From positions 1 through 58,890 of the forward strand of contig WRMG01000003.1 in the NCBI GenBank assembly GCA_009777255.1: a stretch of 58,890 bases of DNA. The letters run 5' to 3'. Of this stretch, positions 23,618 through 31,915 are shown in pieces. Positions within the stretch are counted from its first letter, which is position 1; each line of letters opens with the position of its first letter. The translations under genes and the position numbers were made by a program. The DNA is from Oscillospiraceae bacterium. Its GTDB lineage: Bacteria > Bacillota > Clostridia > Oscillospirales > UBA929. The notes below the pieces were generated by a model, which saw only the letters and a list, made by a program, of their open reading frames with translations, ran no database searches and was not told where the DNA came from.

Positions 23618-24901
23618 TTATTTTTTCTTTCGCTTCAGTATGAGCCATACGCAAAGTCCGGCCGCCGCGGCGCAGACAAGTACGATCCACCATTGAAAGC
23701 CGTCGGATTCGTCGGACGGCGCGGGGGGTTCGGGCTCGGCGGGGGGCGCGGTTTCCTCAGGCTGAGGAGTGGGCTCAGGCGTGGGTTCGGGCAGAAGGAT
23801 TACAAGGCTCTCCTCCTCCGCCAGCGCCGGAGCTTCACCGTAGGCCGCGAAGAAAGCGCGGAGCAGCTCAGGCGCCGTCCATTCCATCGCGCGGCGGTCC
23901 AGCAGCTTGTCCTGCCTGCCGTCGTTATCGTTGTGGTTCCACCAGAACGAGGGTATGCCCATTGCCGCGAACTCGCCGAAGTAATACTCGGTCCAGCCCG
24001 TCATCACATCCACGCTGGGGGAGATTTCGCTGGGATCATAGCCGGGCGCGATCTCCTTTATAAACAGAGGGACGCCCGCGTCCGCCGCGTTTCTTATGTT
24101 GCGGAAGTTGTCGTCGGGATAGAAGAACACGCAGAGTACGGTATAGGGGTCGTCCTCGGGCAGCGTGTGGAACGGCAGTGAGTCGGCGTTTGCGCCCGCC
24201 GTGGTCAGCGCGACGACGCGCTGTGCGTTGTTGCCGCCAGACTCGCGTATGGTTTTCAGCGCGGCGGCGTTCATCCGCTCAACCTTTTCGCAGAGCTCCT
24301 CGTCAACGATCCCGACGCCGTCTATAAAGCTGTCCCATATCCAGCCGCCCTTTATGATACGGTGGGGCTCGTTCATCGGCTCGAAGACAAGTTTTTCGGA
24401 GTAGTCACCGAAGCGCTCGCTTATCTGCGCCCACACGGCGGTCAGCCACTCCTCGGCCTCGTCCAGCTGTCCGCTGTCCAGCATTCTGTAAAACTCGTTC
24501 TCGTGGTGGGTGTTCAGGATGACATACAGCCCCTCGCCAAGCGCCCAGTCAACGCATTGCTGCACCCTGTCCATCCATTCCTCATAGACGGTGTAATCAT
24601 CGTCCATATGCACGCCCCATGAAACGGGGATACGGACGCTGGCAAAGCCCATACGCGCGATCTCCTCGAAATGGCTCCGCTCGATTTTCGCCTCGCCCCA
24701 GCAGGTTTCATAGTCCATGTGGCCGCCGGTATAGCCGTCCCAGTTCGGGTACGCGTCCAGCGTGTTGCCGATGTTTATGCCCACGCCGAATTTGTCCAGC
24801 ATCTCGCGGCCGGTGATTGGGGTGAAATCCTCCGCGAGCGCCGCGCCCGGCGCAAGCGCGAGGAAGAGGGATAACGCGAGGGCTGTGAGTTTCTTTTTCA
24901 T
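23618..24901 (-). CDS. secreted glycoside hydrolase family 5 with a C-terminal transmembrane anchor
   Basis: Signal peptide MKKKLTALALSLFLALAPGAALA. GH5 motifs GINIGNTLD and FEPMNEP. Pro/Glu-rich linker, TM helix, KRKKK tail. Confidence 0.85.
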   Translation of the reverse strand: MKKKLTALALSLFLALAPGAALAEDFTPITGREMLDKFGVGINIGNTLDAYPNWDGYTGGHMDYETCWGEAKIERSHFEEIARMGFASVRIPVSWGVHMDDDYTVYEEWMDRVQQCVDWALGEGLYVILNTHHENEFYRMLDSGQLDEAEEWLTAVWAQISERFGDYSEKLVFEPMNEPHRIIKGGWIWDSFIDGVGIVDEELCEKVERMNAAALKTIRESGGNNAQRVVALTTAGANADSLPFHTLPEDDPYTVLCVFFYPDDNFRNIRNAADAGVPLFIKEIAPGYDPSEISPSVDVMTGWTEYYFGEFAAMGIPSFWWNHNDNDGRQDKLLDRRAMEWTAPELLRAFFAAYGEAPALAEEESLVILLPEPTPEPTPQPEETAPPAEPEPPAPSDESDGFQWWIVLVCAAAAGLCVWLILKRKKK

Positions 24902-24932
24902 GCGGGTTCCTCCTTATGTTGGGTATAGTCCC

Positions 24933-25388
24933 CTAAATGTATTCGTTTATCTCCCAGTCGCCGCCGCTCCACGTGCCGAACGCCTCGGAGTATTCGTCAT
25001 GCAGGAACATGTGCAGAATCTCGTGCAGCAGATTGTCCGACTTTGAAGCGAACAGCGCGTCGATGTCCATCCAGATGTTCGCGCCCTCGTCCGAGCGGTC
25101 CAGCAGCTCGCCGCCGTAGTCGGAGGTCTTGTACAGGAACACGAGATACCGGCCGCCGTTGTCCCTGTTTATCCAGTGCAGCACGCCGCAGCTTTTCAGA
25201 TTGCGTATGTCAAGCCCCGTCTCCTCCTTGATCTCGCGGACCGCGCCGGCGGCAAAGCTCTCGCCCTTTTCAGCGTGCCCGCCCGGGAACGAATAGCCGT
25301 GAAAACTTTTAACGCGGTCCTGAACCAGGACCTTGCCTGTGACGGCGTCCTGTATCATGACCATATTCGTAAGCTCGACCGCGCTCAT
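24933..25388 (-). CDS. NUDIX hydrolase
   Basis: Nudix box GGHAEKGESFAAGAVREIKEETGL. ATG at 25388 forms an ATGA overlap with the upstream SBP stop. The track start 25403 is a TTG. Confidence 0.85.
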   Translation of the reverse strand: MSAVELTNMVMIQDAVTGKVLVQDRVKSFHGYSFPGGHAEKGESFAAGAVREIKEETGLDIRNLKSCGVLHWINRDNGGRYLVFLYKTSDYGGELLDRSDEGANIWMDIDALFASKSDNLLHEILHMFLHDEYSEAFGTWSGGDWEINEYI

Positions 25389-26878
25389 TGCCTTACCGTC
25401 CAATCATATATATTTGCGTATGGGTCGCCGTATACCGGCGCTATGCCGCTGACCGCGCTCCTGTGCGTGAGCGCGTACCCGCGCTTGAACAGAAGCGGCG
25501 CGATAGGGGTTTCGTCATAGAACGCGGCGTAATCGGACAACGCCCGTGAGGCCGGCTCGGTTTCCAGCCACCGCCTGACGGAAAAATCCGCCGGGAGAGT
25601 TATTCTTTCGCAGTAAAGGCCGAAGCTTCCGCTCTCTTTGGCGTTTCTGTATGCCGAGGAGGTGAGCGCGCCGACCTCCGCGCCGACGCCCGATCTGACA
25701 AGCTCCGCGGCGATATATTCAGCCGAGGCAGTCGCGCGGGTGTCGCTTTCCTCCGTGATTATCTCCAGCGTGAACGGTATGTTTAAGCGCCCCTGACGGA
25801 ATTCCAGAATTCCGTCGTTGTCCGAGTCCCAGACGTCCAGCTCCTGCATGACCCGCGCGAATACCTTGAGGTCGAAATTGGCGCCGGAGCCGTAAACCGC
25901 CGGAGGAACCGGCAGCGAAGCCGCGTCGGCGGCCCCGCCGAAAACCTCCCTGACAATGCCGGCGCGGTCAAAGGCGGCGGATAACGCCTGTCTTACGGCG
26001 CTGTGGGCGAGCAGAGGGTGATCGGCGTTGAACCCGATGTAGTACATCGTGGGCGTGGGATATTCCCACATGTCATAGTCGCCGCTGTAGCGGACGCCGA
26101 AATCGTCGTTTATATCCTCGGTGACAACGCTTAAATCTCTGGCGCCCATTAGATGGGGCAGATCCTCCGGCTTGTCCGCCGCGATAAGCTCAATGCGCTC
26201 CAGCGGCGGCTTTGCCTCCGCCCAATGGCCGGCGAACGGCACCAGATAATCACGCTCGTTATCGGGATCCCATATGTGTTCATAGGGGCCTGTACCCGCT
26301 GGGAAAAGCCCCGCGCCCGCCGCTCCGGCGACGGGAAAGGTCAGGAGCGCGGAAAAGCGGGGGTTCGGCGCGTCCAGCACAATTTCTATATCATCGCCGG
26401 CGGCGCGGACGGATACGACTCCCGCAAGCCTTGCCGAATACGGGGAGGCGGGCGAACGCGCGGTCTGTATGGAGCTTATGACGTCGCCTGCCGTGAGCGG
26501 TTCGCCGTTGTTGAACATAACGTCCTGCCTGAGCCTCAGGATAAACGTTATATTGTCGGTTGTCGATATTTCGGCGCAAAGCCGCTCGCGCGCGGTGAAA
26601 TCCCGGTCCAGCGCGAACAGCCCGTCGTACATCAGATTGTACAGCTCTCTCATAACGCGGTTCGTCGTCAGCAGAGGGTGCCTTAGCTCCGCCGGATTCC
26701 ACGCGACGCCGAACATGCTGTTGCGCGGCGTCCGGTGTACGACGACCCACGGCGCGGGCGCGGGGGTCAGTTCCTCCGGTTCCGAAGCGCCGGAGGGTCT
26801 GTCCGCGTCGTCAGCGGGGGTACAGGCGGCAAGAAACAGCGCGGCGGCGACCGCAAGGGCCGACGTCCTCAGAGTCAC
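25385..26878 (-). CDS. family-5 (peptide/nickel type) ABC substrate-binding lipoprotein, orphan
   Basis: Lipobox LFLAAC, and size and sequence typical of SBP_bac_5. GTG at 26878 forms a GTGA overlap with the pgeF stop. Confidence 0.75.
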   Translation of the reverse strand: MTLRTSALAVAAALFLAACTPADDADRPSGASEPEELTPAPAPWVVVHRTPRNSMFGVAWNPAELRHPLLTTNRVMRELYNLMYDGLFALDRDFTARERLCAEISTTDNITFILRLRQDVMFNNGEPLTAGDVISSIQTARSPASPYSARLAGVVSVRAAGDDIEIVLDAPNPRFSALLTFPVAGAAGAGLFPAGTGPYEHIWDPDNERDYLVPFAGHWAEAKPPLERIELIAADKPEDLPHLMGARDLSVVTEDINDDFGVRYSGDYDMWEYPTPTMYYIGFNADHPLLAHSAVRQALSAAFDRAGIVREVFGGAADAASLPVPPAVYGSGANFDLKVFARVMQELDVWDSDNDGILEFRQGRLNIPFTLEIITEESDTRATASAEYIAAELVRSGVGAEVGALTSSAYRNAKESGSFGLYCERITLPADFSVRRWLETEPASRALSDYAAFYDETPIAPLLFKRGYALTHRSAVSGIAPVYGDPYANIYDWTVRQ

Positions 26879-27657
26879 AACACTATCACCGCCGCTTGGG
26901 TGCCGCGCTCCGAGCCGCTCCGCCTGTGGGAGAAAAACTCGTCGTCGAGACAGCATGTACAGAGAGGCGACACGTCCACGTCATGGATACCCGCGCGGTT
27001 CAGCAGCCATGTGTTTATGCCTCTTAAATCCACCTGATATTTTTCGCCGGATTTGGCGATATACGGCGACATATCCGCGCCGCCGAATCTCATGGCGCGC
27101 GGGACGTCGTCGTGGGTTTCAAAGCAGCACGCCCCTATCGACGGGCCTATCGCCGCGCGGATATTTTTGCAGCCGTAGCGCTGGACCATGGCGCCCGCCG
27201 TCTTTACGGCGAGGGCCGACGCCGTTCCGCGCCATCCGGCGTGGGCGGCGCCTATCGCCTTGGCGACGGGGTCGTAGAGCAGCAGCGGCACACAGTCCGC
27301 CCAGAAAATCGTGAGCGCGACGCCGGGGACGTCGGTTATCAGCGCGTCGCACTCCCACACGGACGGGCGCGAAAAGCCGTTGCCCCTGTGACGGCGTTCG
27401 GCTGTGCGCACCTTGTCGCCGTGCGTCTGCTTGGTGAACACAAGGTCCTCCGTGTCTATGCCGACGGCGGACGTGAAGAGGTTATAGTTCTGGAGTATGT
27501 CGTCCCTGTCGTCCAGCTCCGACGAGCCGAGGTTCAGGCTGTCGAACGGCGGGTGCGAAACGCCGCCGATACGCGTTGAAAACGCGTGCGTCACCCCGTC
27601 CAGCACAGGAGAGGTATAGAATCTTACGCCGTCTATGGTGTTTTGTGTGAAAGACAT
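26875..27657 (-). CDS. pgeF: YfiH/PgeF (laccase-domain, peptidoglycan editing factor) family protein
   Basis: DUF152 hallmarks (QTHGD, TADCVPLLL, HAGWRG, CTCC). Confidence 0.85.
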   Translation of the reverse strand: MSFTQNTIDGVRFYTSPVLDGVTHAFSTRIGGVSHPPFDSLNLGSSELDDRDDILQNYNLFTSAVGIDTEDLVFTKQTHGDKVRTAERRHRGNGFSRPSVWECDALITDVPGVALTIFWADCVPLLLYDPVAKAIGAAHAGWRGTASALAVKTAGAMVQRYGCKNIRAAIGPSIGACCFETHDDVPRAMRFGGADMSPYIAKSGEKYQVDLRGINTWLLNRAGIHDVDVSPLCTCCLDDEFFSHRRSGSERGTQAAVIVL

Positions 27658-27679
27658 AAAATATATCCCTCCCGGCAGA

Positions 27680-28807
27680 TTAATCGGTTGAGCGTTTCCA
27701 GTTGCCTGTCGCGGAGCAGGTTAAAAACGCGGAGATAAAGCCCGATATGTCGCCGTCCATAACGGCGGAAATGTTGCCCGACTCGTGTCCCGTGCGGTGG
27801 TCCTTGGCAAGCGTATACGGCATGAATACGTATGAGCGTATCTGGCTGCCCCACTCTATGGCCTTCTGCTCGCCCTTTATGTCCTCTATCCGGTCTAAAT
27901 GCTCGCGCTCCTTTATCTCGACCAGCTTCGAGCGGAGCATCCGCATCGCCATGTCGCGGTTTTGGTGCTGGCTGCGCTCGTTCTGGCAGGCGACGATTAT
28001 ACCGGAGGGGATGTGCGTTATCCTGATCGCCGACTCGGTTTTGTTCACATGCTGGCCGCCCGCTCCGCCCGAGCGGTAGGTGTCCACCTTTAAGTCCTCG
28101 TCGCGTATGTCTATCTTTATATCGTCCGGCAGCTCCGGCATGACCTCGACGGCCGCGAACGAGGTGTGCCTGCGCCCCGACGCGTCGAACGGCGATATGC
28201 GCACAAGGCGGTGGACGCCCATTTCGCCCTTCAAAAGCCCGAACGCATTTGTGCCCTCTATCAATATAACGGCGCGTTTTATGCCCGCCTCGTCGCCGTC
28301 CTGATAGTCCAGTATCTTATACGTGAGGTCGCTGCGCTCGGCCCAGCGCGTGTACATGCGGTAGAGCATGTCCGCCCAGTCCTGCGCCTCGGTGCCGCCG
28401 GAACCGGCGTGAAACGACATGATGGCGCCGCAGGCGTCGTATTCGCCCGAGAGCAGCGCCGCGAGCCGCGCGTTATCCATGTCCTTTTCCCATTTGGCGG
28501 CGCCTGTTTCCAGATCGGGCAGCAGGCTCTCGTCCTGCTCCTCTATCGCCAGCTGGCACAGTGTTTGTAAATCCTGCCATGTATTATACAGAGCGTTGAA
28601 CTTATCGACCGTGTTGCGCAGCTGCTTTATTTCGCGCATTATTTTCTGGCCGTTTTCCATGTCCTGCCAGAAATCCGCCTCCTGCGTCTGGGACTCGAGA
28701 GCGTCGATGCTTTTTGATTTTGCCGCGACATCCAGCGCGCGGCGCAGCTCCTCCAGCGCGGGGCGCGCGGCGCCGAGCCGCTGTTTATATTCCTCAAAGA
28801 CAATCAT
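27680..28807 (-). CDS. prfB: peptide chain release factor 2 (single uninterrupted ORF)
   Basis: SPF tripeptide (RISPFD) and GGQ motif (SGGAGGQHVNKTESA). The full-length N-terminus is in frame. Confidence 0.93.
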   Translation of the reverse strand: MIVFEEYKQRLGAARPALEELRRALDVAAKSKSIDALESQTQEADFWQDMENGQKIMREIKQLRNTVDKFNALYNTWQDLQTLCQLAIEEQDESLLPDLETGAAKWEKDMDNARLAALLSGEYDACGAIMSFHAGSGGTEAQDWADMLYRMYTRWAERSDLTYKILDYQDGDEAGIKRAVILIEGTNAFGLLKGEMGVHRLVRISPFDASGRRHTSFAAVEVMPELPDDIKIDIRDEDLKVDTYRSGGAGGQHVNKTESAIRITHIPSGIIVACQNERSQHQNRDMAMRMLRSKLVEIKEREHLDRIEDIKGEQKAIEWGSQIRSYVFMPYTLAKDHRTGHESGNISAVMDGDISGFISAFLTCSATGNWKRSTD

Positions 28808-28859
28808 ATAAATCTCCCGATATATTTTATTCCGAAACGCGGCTTATTAGACCGCCACT

Positions 28860-28888
28860 ATTCTATATCATAATTTTATGTGTGTCAA
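28860..28888 (-). promoter_or_regulatory. candidate prfB promoter
   Basis: Minus strand TTGACA (28888-28883), 17 nt, TAGAAT (28865-28860). The -35 directly abuts a CCCTAC repeat head. Confidence 0.55.
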
Positions 28889-28964
28889 GTAGGGTCAGGG
28901 TTCCATCCCTGACCGCCGTGGGTTCCATCCCTGACCGCCGTGTGCAGGGTTCCATCCCTGACCG
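28889..28964. repeat. three tandem copies of an 18-nt hairpin core GGGTTCCATCCCTGACCG
   Basis: Copies at 28898-28915, 28920-28937 and 28947-28964. The first is headed by GTAGGG (28889-28894). Each folds as GGTCAGGG/CCCTGACC-type stems (TCAGGG ttccat CCCTGA). Confidence 0.9.
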
Positions 28965-28991
28965 GAGACTTACCCCTGCGCGGCACAACAT

Positions 28992-29019
28992 AAAAAAGGC
29001 CGGGCATGGAAGCCCGACC
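28992..29019 (-). terminator. rho-independent terminator of the YtrA-type operon
   Basis: Minus strand GGTCGGGC ttccat GCCCGGCC followed by TTTTTT. Confidence 0.8.
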
Positions 29020-29038
29020 CCGCAAAGCCCTGTACGCG

Positions 29039-29833
29039 TTACCCGATAAATCTGTGTTTGTCCACGAGGTACACCGTGAGGAAGTACATGCCGATCGCCG
29101 CGATGAAATATGCCGCCGTGCTGTATATGCCGGCGCCTGTTATTGCACCGGAGAACTCGTCGAGAGAATACGTCTCTCTGAAGAAAGGGCTGCCTATCTT
29201 CACTATAAGCCAGGTTATGCCGATATTTGCCACGAAGAAGCTGACCACGCCGGTGACAGTCCCCAGCCCGCGCTCCTTCAGGAACGGCACGTTGCACAGC
29301 GAAACGCTGAAGCCCAGCAGGACGACCGTTAAAACGGAGATCGAGATTCCCGTCCCAAGCAGCAGGAACAAGGCGCTTCTTATTTCGGCGTCGGTAGCGC
29401 CGATGGATCTTAACATATTGCTCATATCTCTCCAAAAGTCGCCCAGCGTCGCGCCGCTGTTTGCCAGAGCTATCCCGCCGATCCCAACGGCCCAGAAGAA
29501 CGTGATCAGCGCGGCTGTGACGACGCCCCAAATGAGGATGCAGATCAGCTTAGACGCAACCAGCGTGTGCGGCGAAGCGGGCAGACTGTAGCCCAGATAG
29601 CTCTCGTTTGAGCAGAGCTGTGAGTGCAGGTGCCGCACGCTTATCACGATATACATTATCGAGTATATCGTCGTGGCGATGACGGCGAGGAACATTGCGA
29701 TACCCGTGACCAGCATGCTGTCAAGCCTTGCCGCCGCGGCGGCCACGATCAGCAGCGCGCCCGTCAGCGCCGCCATAACGGCGTATTTTCTCGCGCCGAA
29801 CATGATGTCGTACTTTATCATTTTCCCTAACAT
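29039..29833 (-). CDS. polytopic membrane protein (putative permease partner of the ABC ATPase)
   Basis: 264 aa with about 6 hydrophobic helices. The start overlaps the ATPase stop by 7 nt. GGGAGGA RBS. Confidence 0.75.
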   Translation of the reverse strand: MLGKMIKYDIMFGARKYAVMAALTGALLIVAAAAARLDSMLVTGIAMFLAVIATTIYSIMYIVISVRHLHSQLCSNESYLGYSLPASPHTLVASKLICILIWGVVTAALITFFWAVGIGGIALANSGATLGDFWRDMSNMLRSIGATDAEIRSALFLLLGTGISISVLTVVLLGFSVSLCNVPFLKERGLGTVTGVVSFFVANIGITWLIVKIGSPFFRETYSLDEFSGAITGAGIYSTAAYFIAAIGMYFLTVYLVDKHRFIG

Positions 29834-30525
29834 TTGAATTCCTCCCTAAACAGTTGGTCTATAGACATGCCGCGCTCCGCGCGTATCGCGTCGGCTTCGC
29901 CGTCGAGGACGACGCGCCCCTCTTTTAAGAATATCGCCCGTGTGATTATCCCCTCCACGTCCGTTATCAGATGTGTTGAGAACAGTATCGCGCCGTTTTC
30001 GTTGTAGTTGCGGATGATGGTGTCCAGTATGAACTGGCGCGCCGCCGGATCGACTCCCGCGATAGGCTCGTCGAAGATGTACAGCATTGCCTTGCGCGAC
30101 ATGGTCAGCACCAGCTGGAGCTTTTCCTTCATGCCCTTTGACAGCGTGCGCACGACGGAGCGTTCGTTCAGCCGCACCAGCGTCAGCATTTCGCGGGCCT
30201 TTGTGATGTCGAAGTCCGAAAAGAAATCGGCGTACATATTCAGCGCGGTTGAGATGCGGATGTCTTTCCTTATAAAGTCCACGTCGGGGAGATATGAGAT
30301 ATAGCCCTTGGAAGCCGCGCCCGGCACGTGACCGCAGATGTTGATTGTGCCGCTGTGGTTGGTTATCAGTGTGTTGATAATTTTTATCAGCGTGGTCTTG
30401 CCGCTGCCGTTCGGGCCGAGCAGACCCACTATCTGGCCGCTCTGCACGTCGAAGCTGACGTTTTCGAGCGCTGTGTGCTGATTGTATTTTTTGCCTACGT
30501 TTTGGATGCTTAGAATTGTTGACAT
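29827..30525 (-). CDS. ABC transporter ATP-binding protein
   Basis: Walker A GPNGSGKTT, signature LSKGMKEK, Walker B LYIFDEP. Confidence 0.9.
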   Translation of the reverse strand: MSTILSIQNVGKKYNQHTALENVSFDVQSGQIVGLLGPNGSGKTTLIKIINTLITNHSGTINICGHVPGAASKGYISYLPDVDFIRKDIRISTALNMYADFFSDFDITKAREMLTLVRLNERSVVRTLSKGMKEKLQLVLTMSRKAMLYIFDEPIAGVDPAARQFILDTIIRNYNENGAILFSTHLITDVEGIITRAIFLKEGRVVLDGEADAIRAERGMSIDQLFREEFKC

Positions 30526-30541
30526 ACTCTTTTTCCTCCTT

Positions 30542-31315
30542 TTATCTTTTTCTGACGGTTCCGAGAATACCGGCGCCCGTGTTGACTGTTTTGGGGCTGC
30601 CGTCGTAAACGACGGAGCCGACGCCGCTCATACTGATGTCCAGTGTTTCCGAGGCGTATACGTTGCAGCTTCCCGCGCCGTTCATGGTCACGCTGCTGTC
30701 GGCCGCGCGGAAGTCAAACGCCTCGATATTCCCCGCGCCGTTTATCAGTATCGCCGACCGCTCCGCCTCGCCCGTCAGGCTTATGGAACACGCGCCGTTT
30801 ACGTTGAGCGAGAAGCTGTCAAGACTGCCGAACGCCATTCTCGCGTCCACCGCTCCGTTCACAAGCCCGTTGAAATTGGTAACGGACGGGGCGTCCATGT
30901 CAAGCTCAAAGCCGCCGTTTATTGTAAAGCCGCTGATTTTCGCGCCGATACGAAGCTCGAACTGTGTGTGGTCATATCTTGCCGCCCGGTCGCCCTTTAC
31001 CGTGATTCTGCCGTCCGACACCGAAATGTCGATCGTGTCGAGGATGTTCCCGTCCGTCTCCAGCGCCGCAGTATTATCAAGGCTTTCGCCGATAATAATT
31101 CTGCCGGTGGAATTGTTTCCGGTAAACACGATGTCCTCTATGACAAGCTCGTACTCCGAGTCCGTCAGGGGCGCCGCCCTGCCCATTATGTTTTTGTCGC
31201 CTTTCAGCGTTTTTCTGATTACCCCGTCGTTGCCGCCGACCGTTATCGTGCACGCGGACAGTCCCGCGATAAAAACGGCCAGAACAAGCATTATAGATAC
31301 TCTTTTTGCTGACAT
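30542..31315 (-). CDS. lipoprotein with GIN/DUF2807-like beta-repeat domain
   Basis: Signal plus lipobox (IAGLSAC). Repeats INGGFEL, VNGAVDA, VNGACSI, INGAGNI, MNGAGSC, SGVGSVVY. Confidence 0.75.
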   Translation of the reverse strand: MSAKRVSIMLVLAVFIAGLSACTITVGGNDGVIRKTLKGDKNIMGRAAPLTDSEYELVIEDIVFTGNNSTGRIIIGESLDNTAALETDGNILDTIDISVSDGRITVKGDRAARYDHTQFELRIGAKISGFTINGGFELDMDAPSVTNFNGLVNGAVDARMAFGSLDSFSLNVNGACSISLTGEAERSAILINGAGNIEAFDFRAADSSVTMNGAGSCNVYASETLDISMSGVGSVVYDGSPKTVNTGAGILGTVRKR

Positions 31316-31692
31316 GATTCTTTTTCCTCCCCTTTTAATCTGTTGAAATTTCTATCCAGCGCCGTTCGCGCGTCTTCTCTCGAGCATCCCAGCTCGTTTA
31401 CCGTTGTAACGTATCTAAAGGTTTCTTTTTCAAGCATATCCAATTTTAACTTTTCGATAAGCTCAATATCGGATGTCACAAATCTGCCGCTGGTGCGCTC
31501 GGTATAAAGCAGCCGGTCATGCTCCAGCGCCGCCAACGCCTTTTGCATTGTGTTCGGATTAACGCCCATCTCCACCGCAAGCTCTCTAACCGCCATGACC
31601 TTGTCCCCGGGATGCAGCTCGCCCGAAGCGATACGCCGTTTTATATACTCGGAAATCTGACTGTAAATCGGCGCCCCGCTGTTAAAGTCCAT
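31291..31692 (-). CDS. GntR-family (YtrA-subfamily) transcriptional regulator
   Basis: Winged HTH PIYSQISEYIKRRIASGELHPGDKVMAVRELAVEMGVNPNTMQKA and short length (133 aa). Confidence 0.88.
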   Translation of the reverse strand: MDFNSGAPIYSQISEYIKRRIASGELHPGDKVMAVRELAVEMGVNPNTMQKALAALEHDRLLYTERTSGRFVTSDIELIEKLKLDMLEKETFRYVTTVNELGCSREDARTALDRNFNRLKGEEKESCQQKEYL

Positions 31693-31712
31693 GTTTTCAC
31701 CTCCTTAAAATC

Positions 31713-31740
31713 TGTACCGCTGTGTTAACACCATAGTACA
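31713..31740. promoter_or_regulatory. candidate YtrA-type operator
   Basis: TGTAC-N4-GTGTTAACAC-N4-GTACA symmetric 28-bp element over the predicted transcription start. Further GTAC-containing direct repeats ATTGTACT x2 overlap the promoter. Confidence 0.5.
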
Positions 31741-31769
31741 ATAATACAGCAGTACAATTTGCTTGTCAA
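31741..31769 (-). promoter_or_regulatory. promoter of the gntR-GIN-ABC operon
   Basis: Minus strand TTGACA (31769-31764), 17 nt, TATTAT (31746-31741). Confidence 0.6.
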
Positions 31770-31915
31770 GTGTTTTTTGGAAAAAATTATTCGTCAACTT
31801 GCACAAAAGTGGCCTGCCATATCTAGTCAATTTGTCTATTGTAAAAATTATACAAAGCAACTACAATATTATTGTGGGAGTTTTGTTCTCACAGACAAAA
31901 TAAGGAGGAATAAAT

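Noticed and set aside
28730-28807. Programmed +1 frameshift site in prfB
   Set aside because: The N-terminal ~30 codons are in frame with the rest, and no internal TGA or CTTTGAC motif is present.
28889-28964. Possible CRISPR array (also considered for 22061-22192)
   Set aside because: There are only three short units, with 4-9 nt between them rather than 25-40 nt unique spacers. No cas genes are present. The units belong to the dispersed GTAGGG hairpin family.
31840-31854. cre/LacI-type operator upstream of the sugar SBP gene (TGTAAAAATTATACA), and the ACAATAtTATTGT palindrome near 31865
   Set aside because: The first is 15 nt, lacks the central CG and has poor symmetry. No LacI-family regulator is in the locus. 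Both are kept only as weak AT-rich palindromes.
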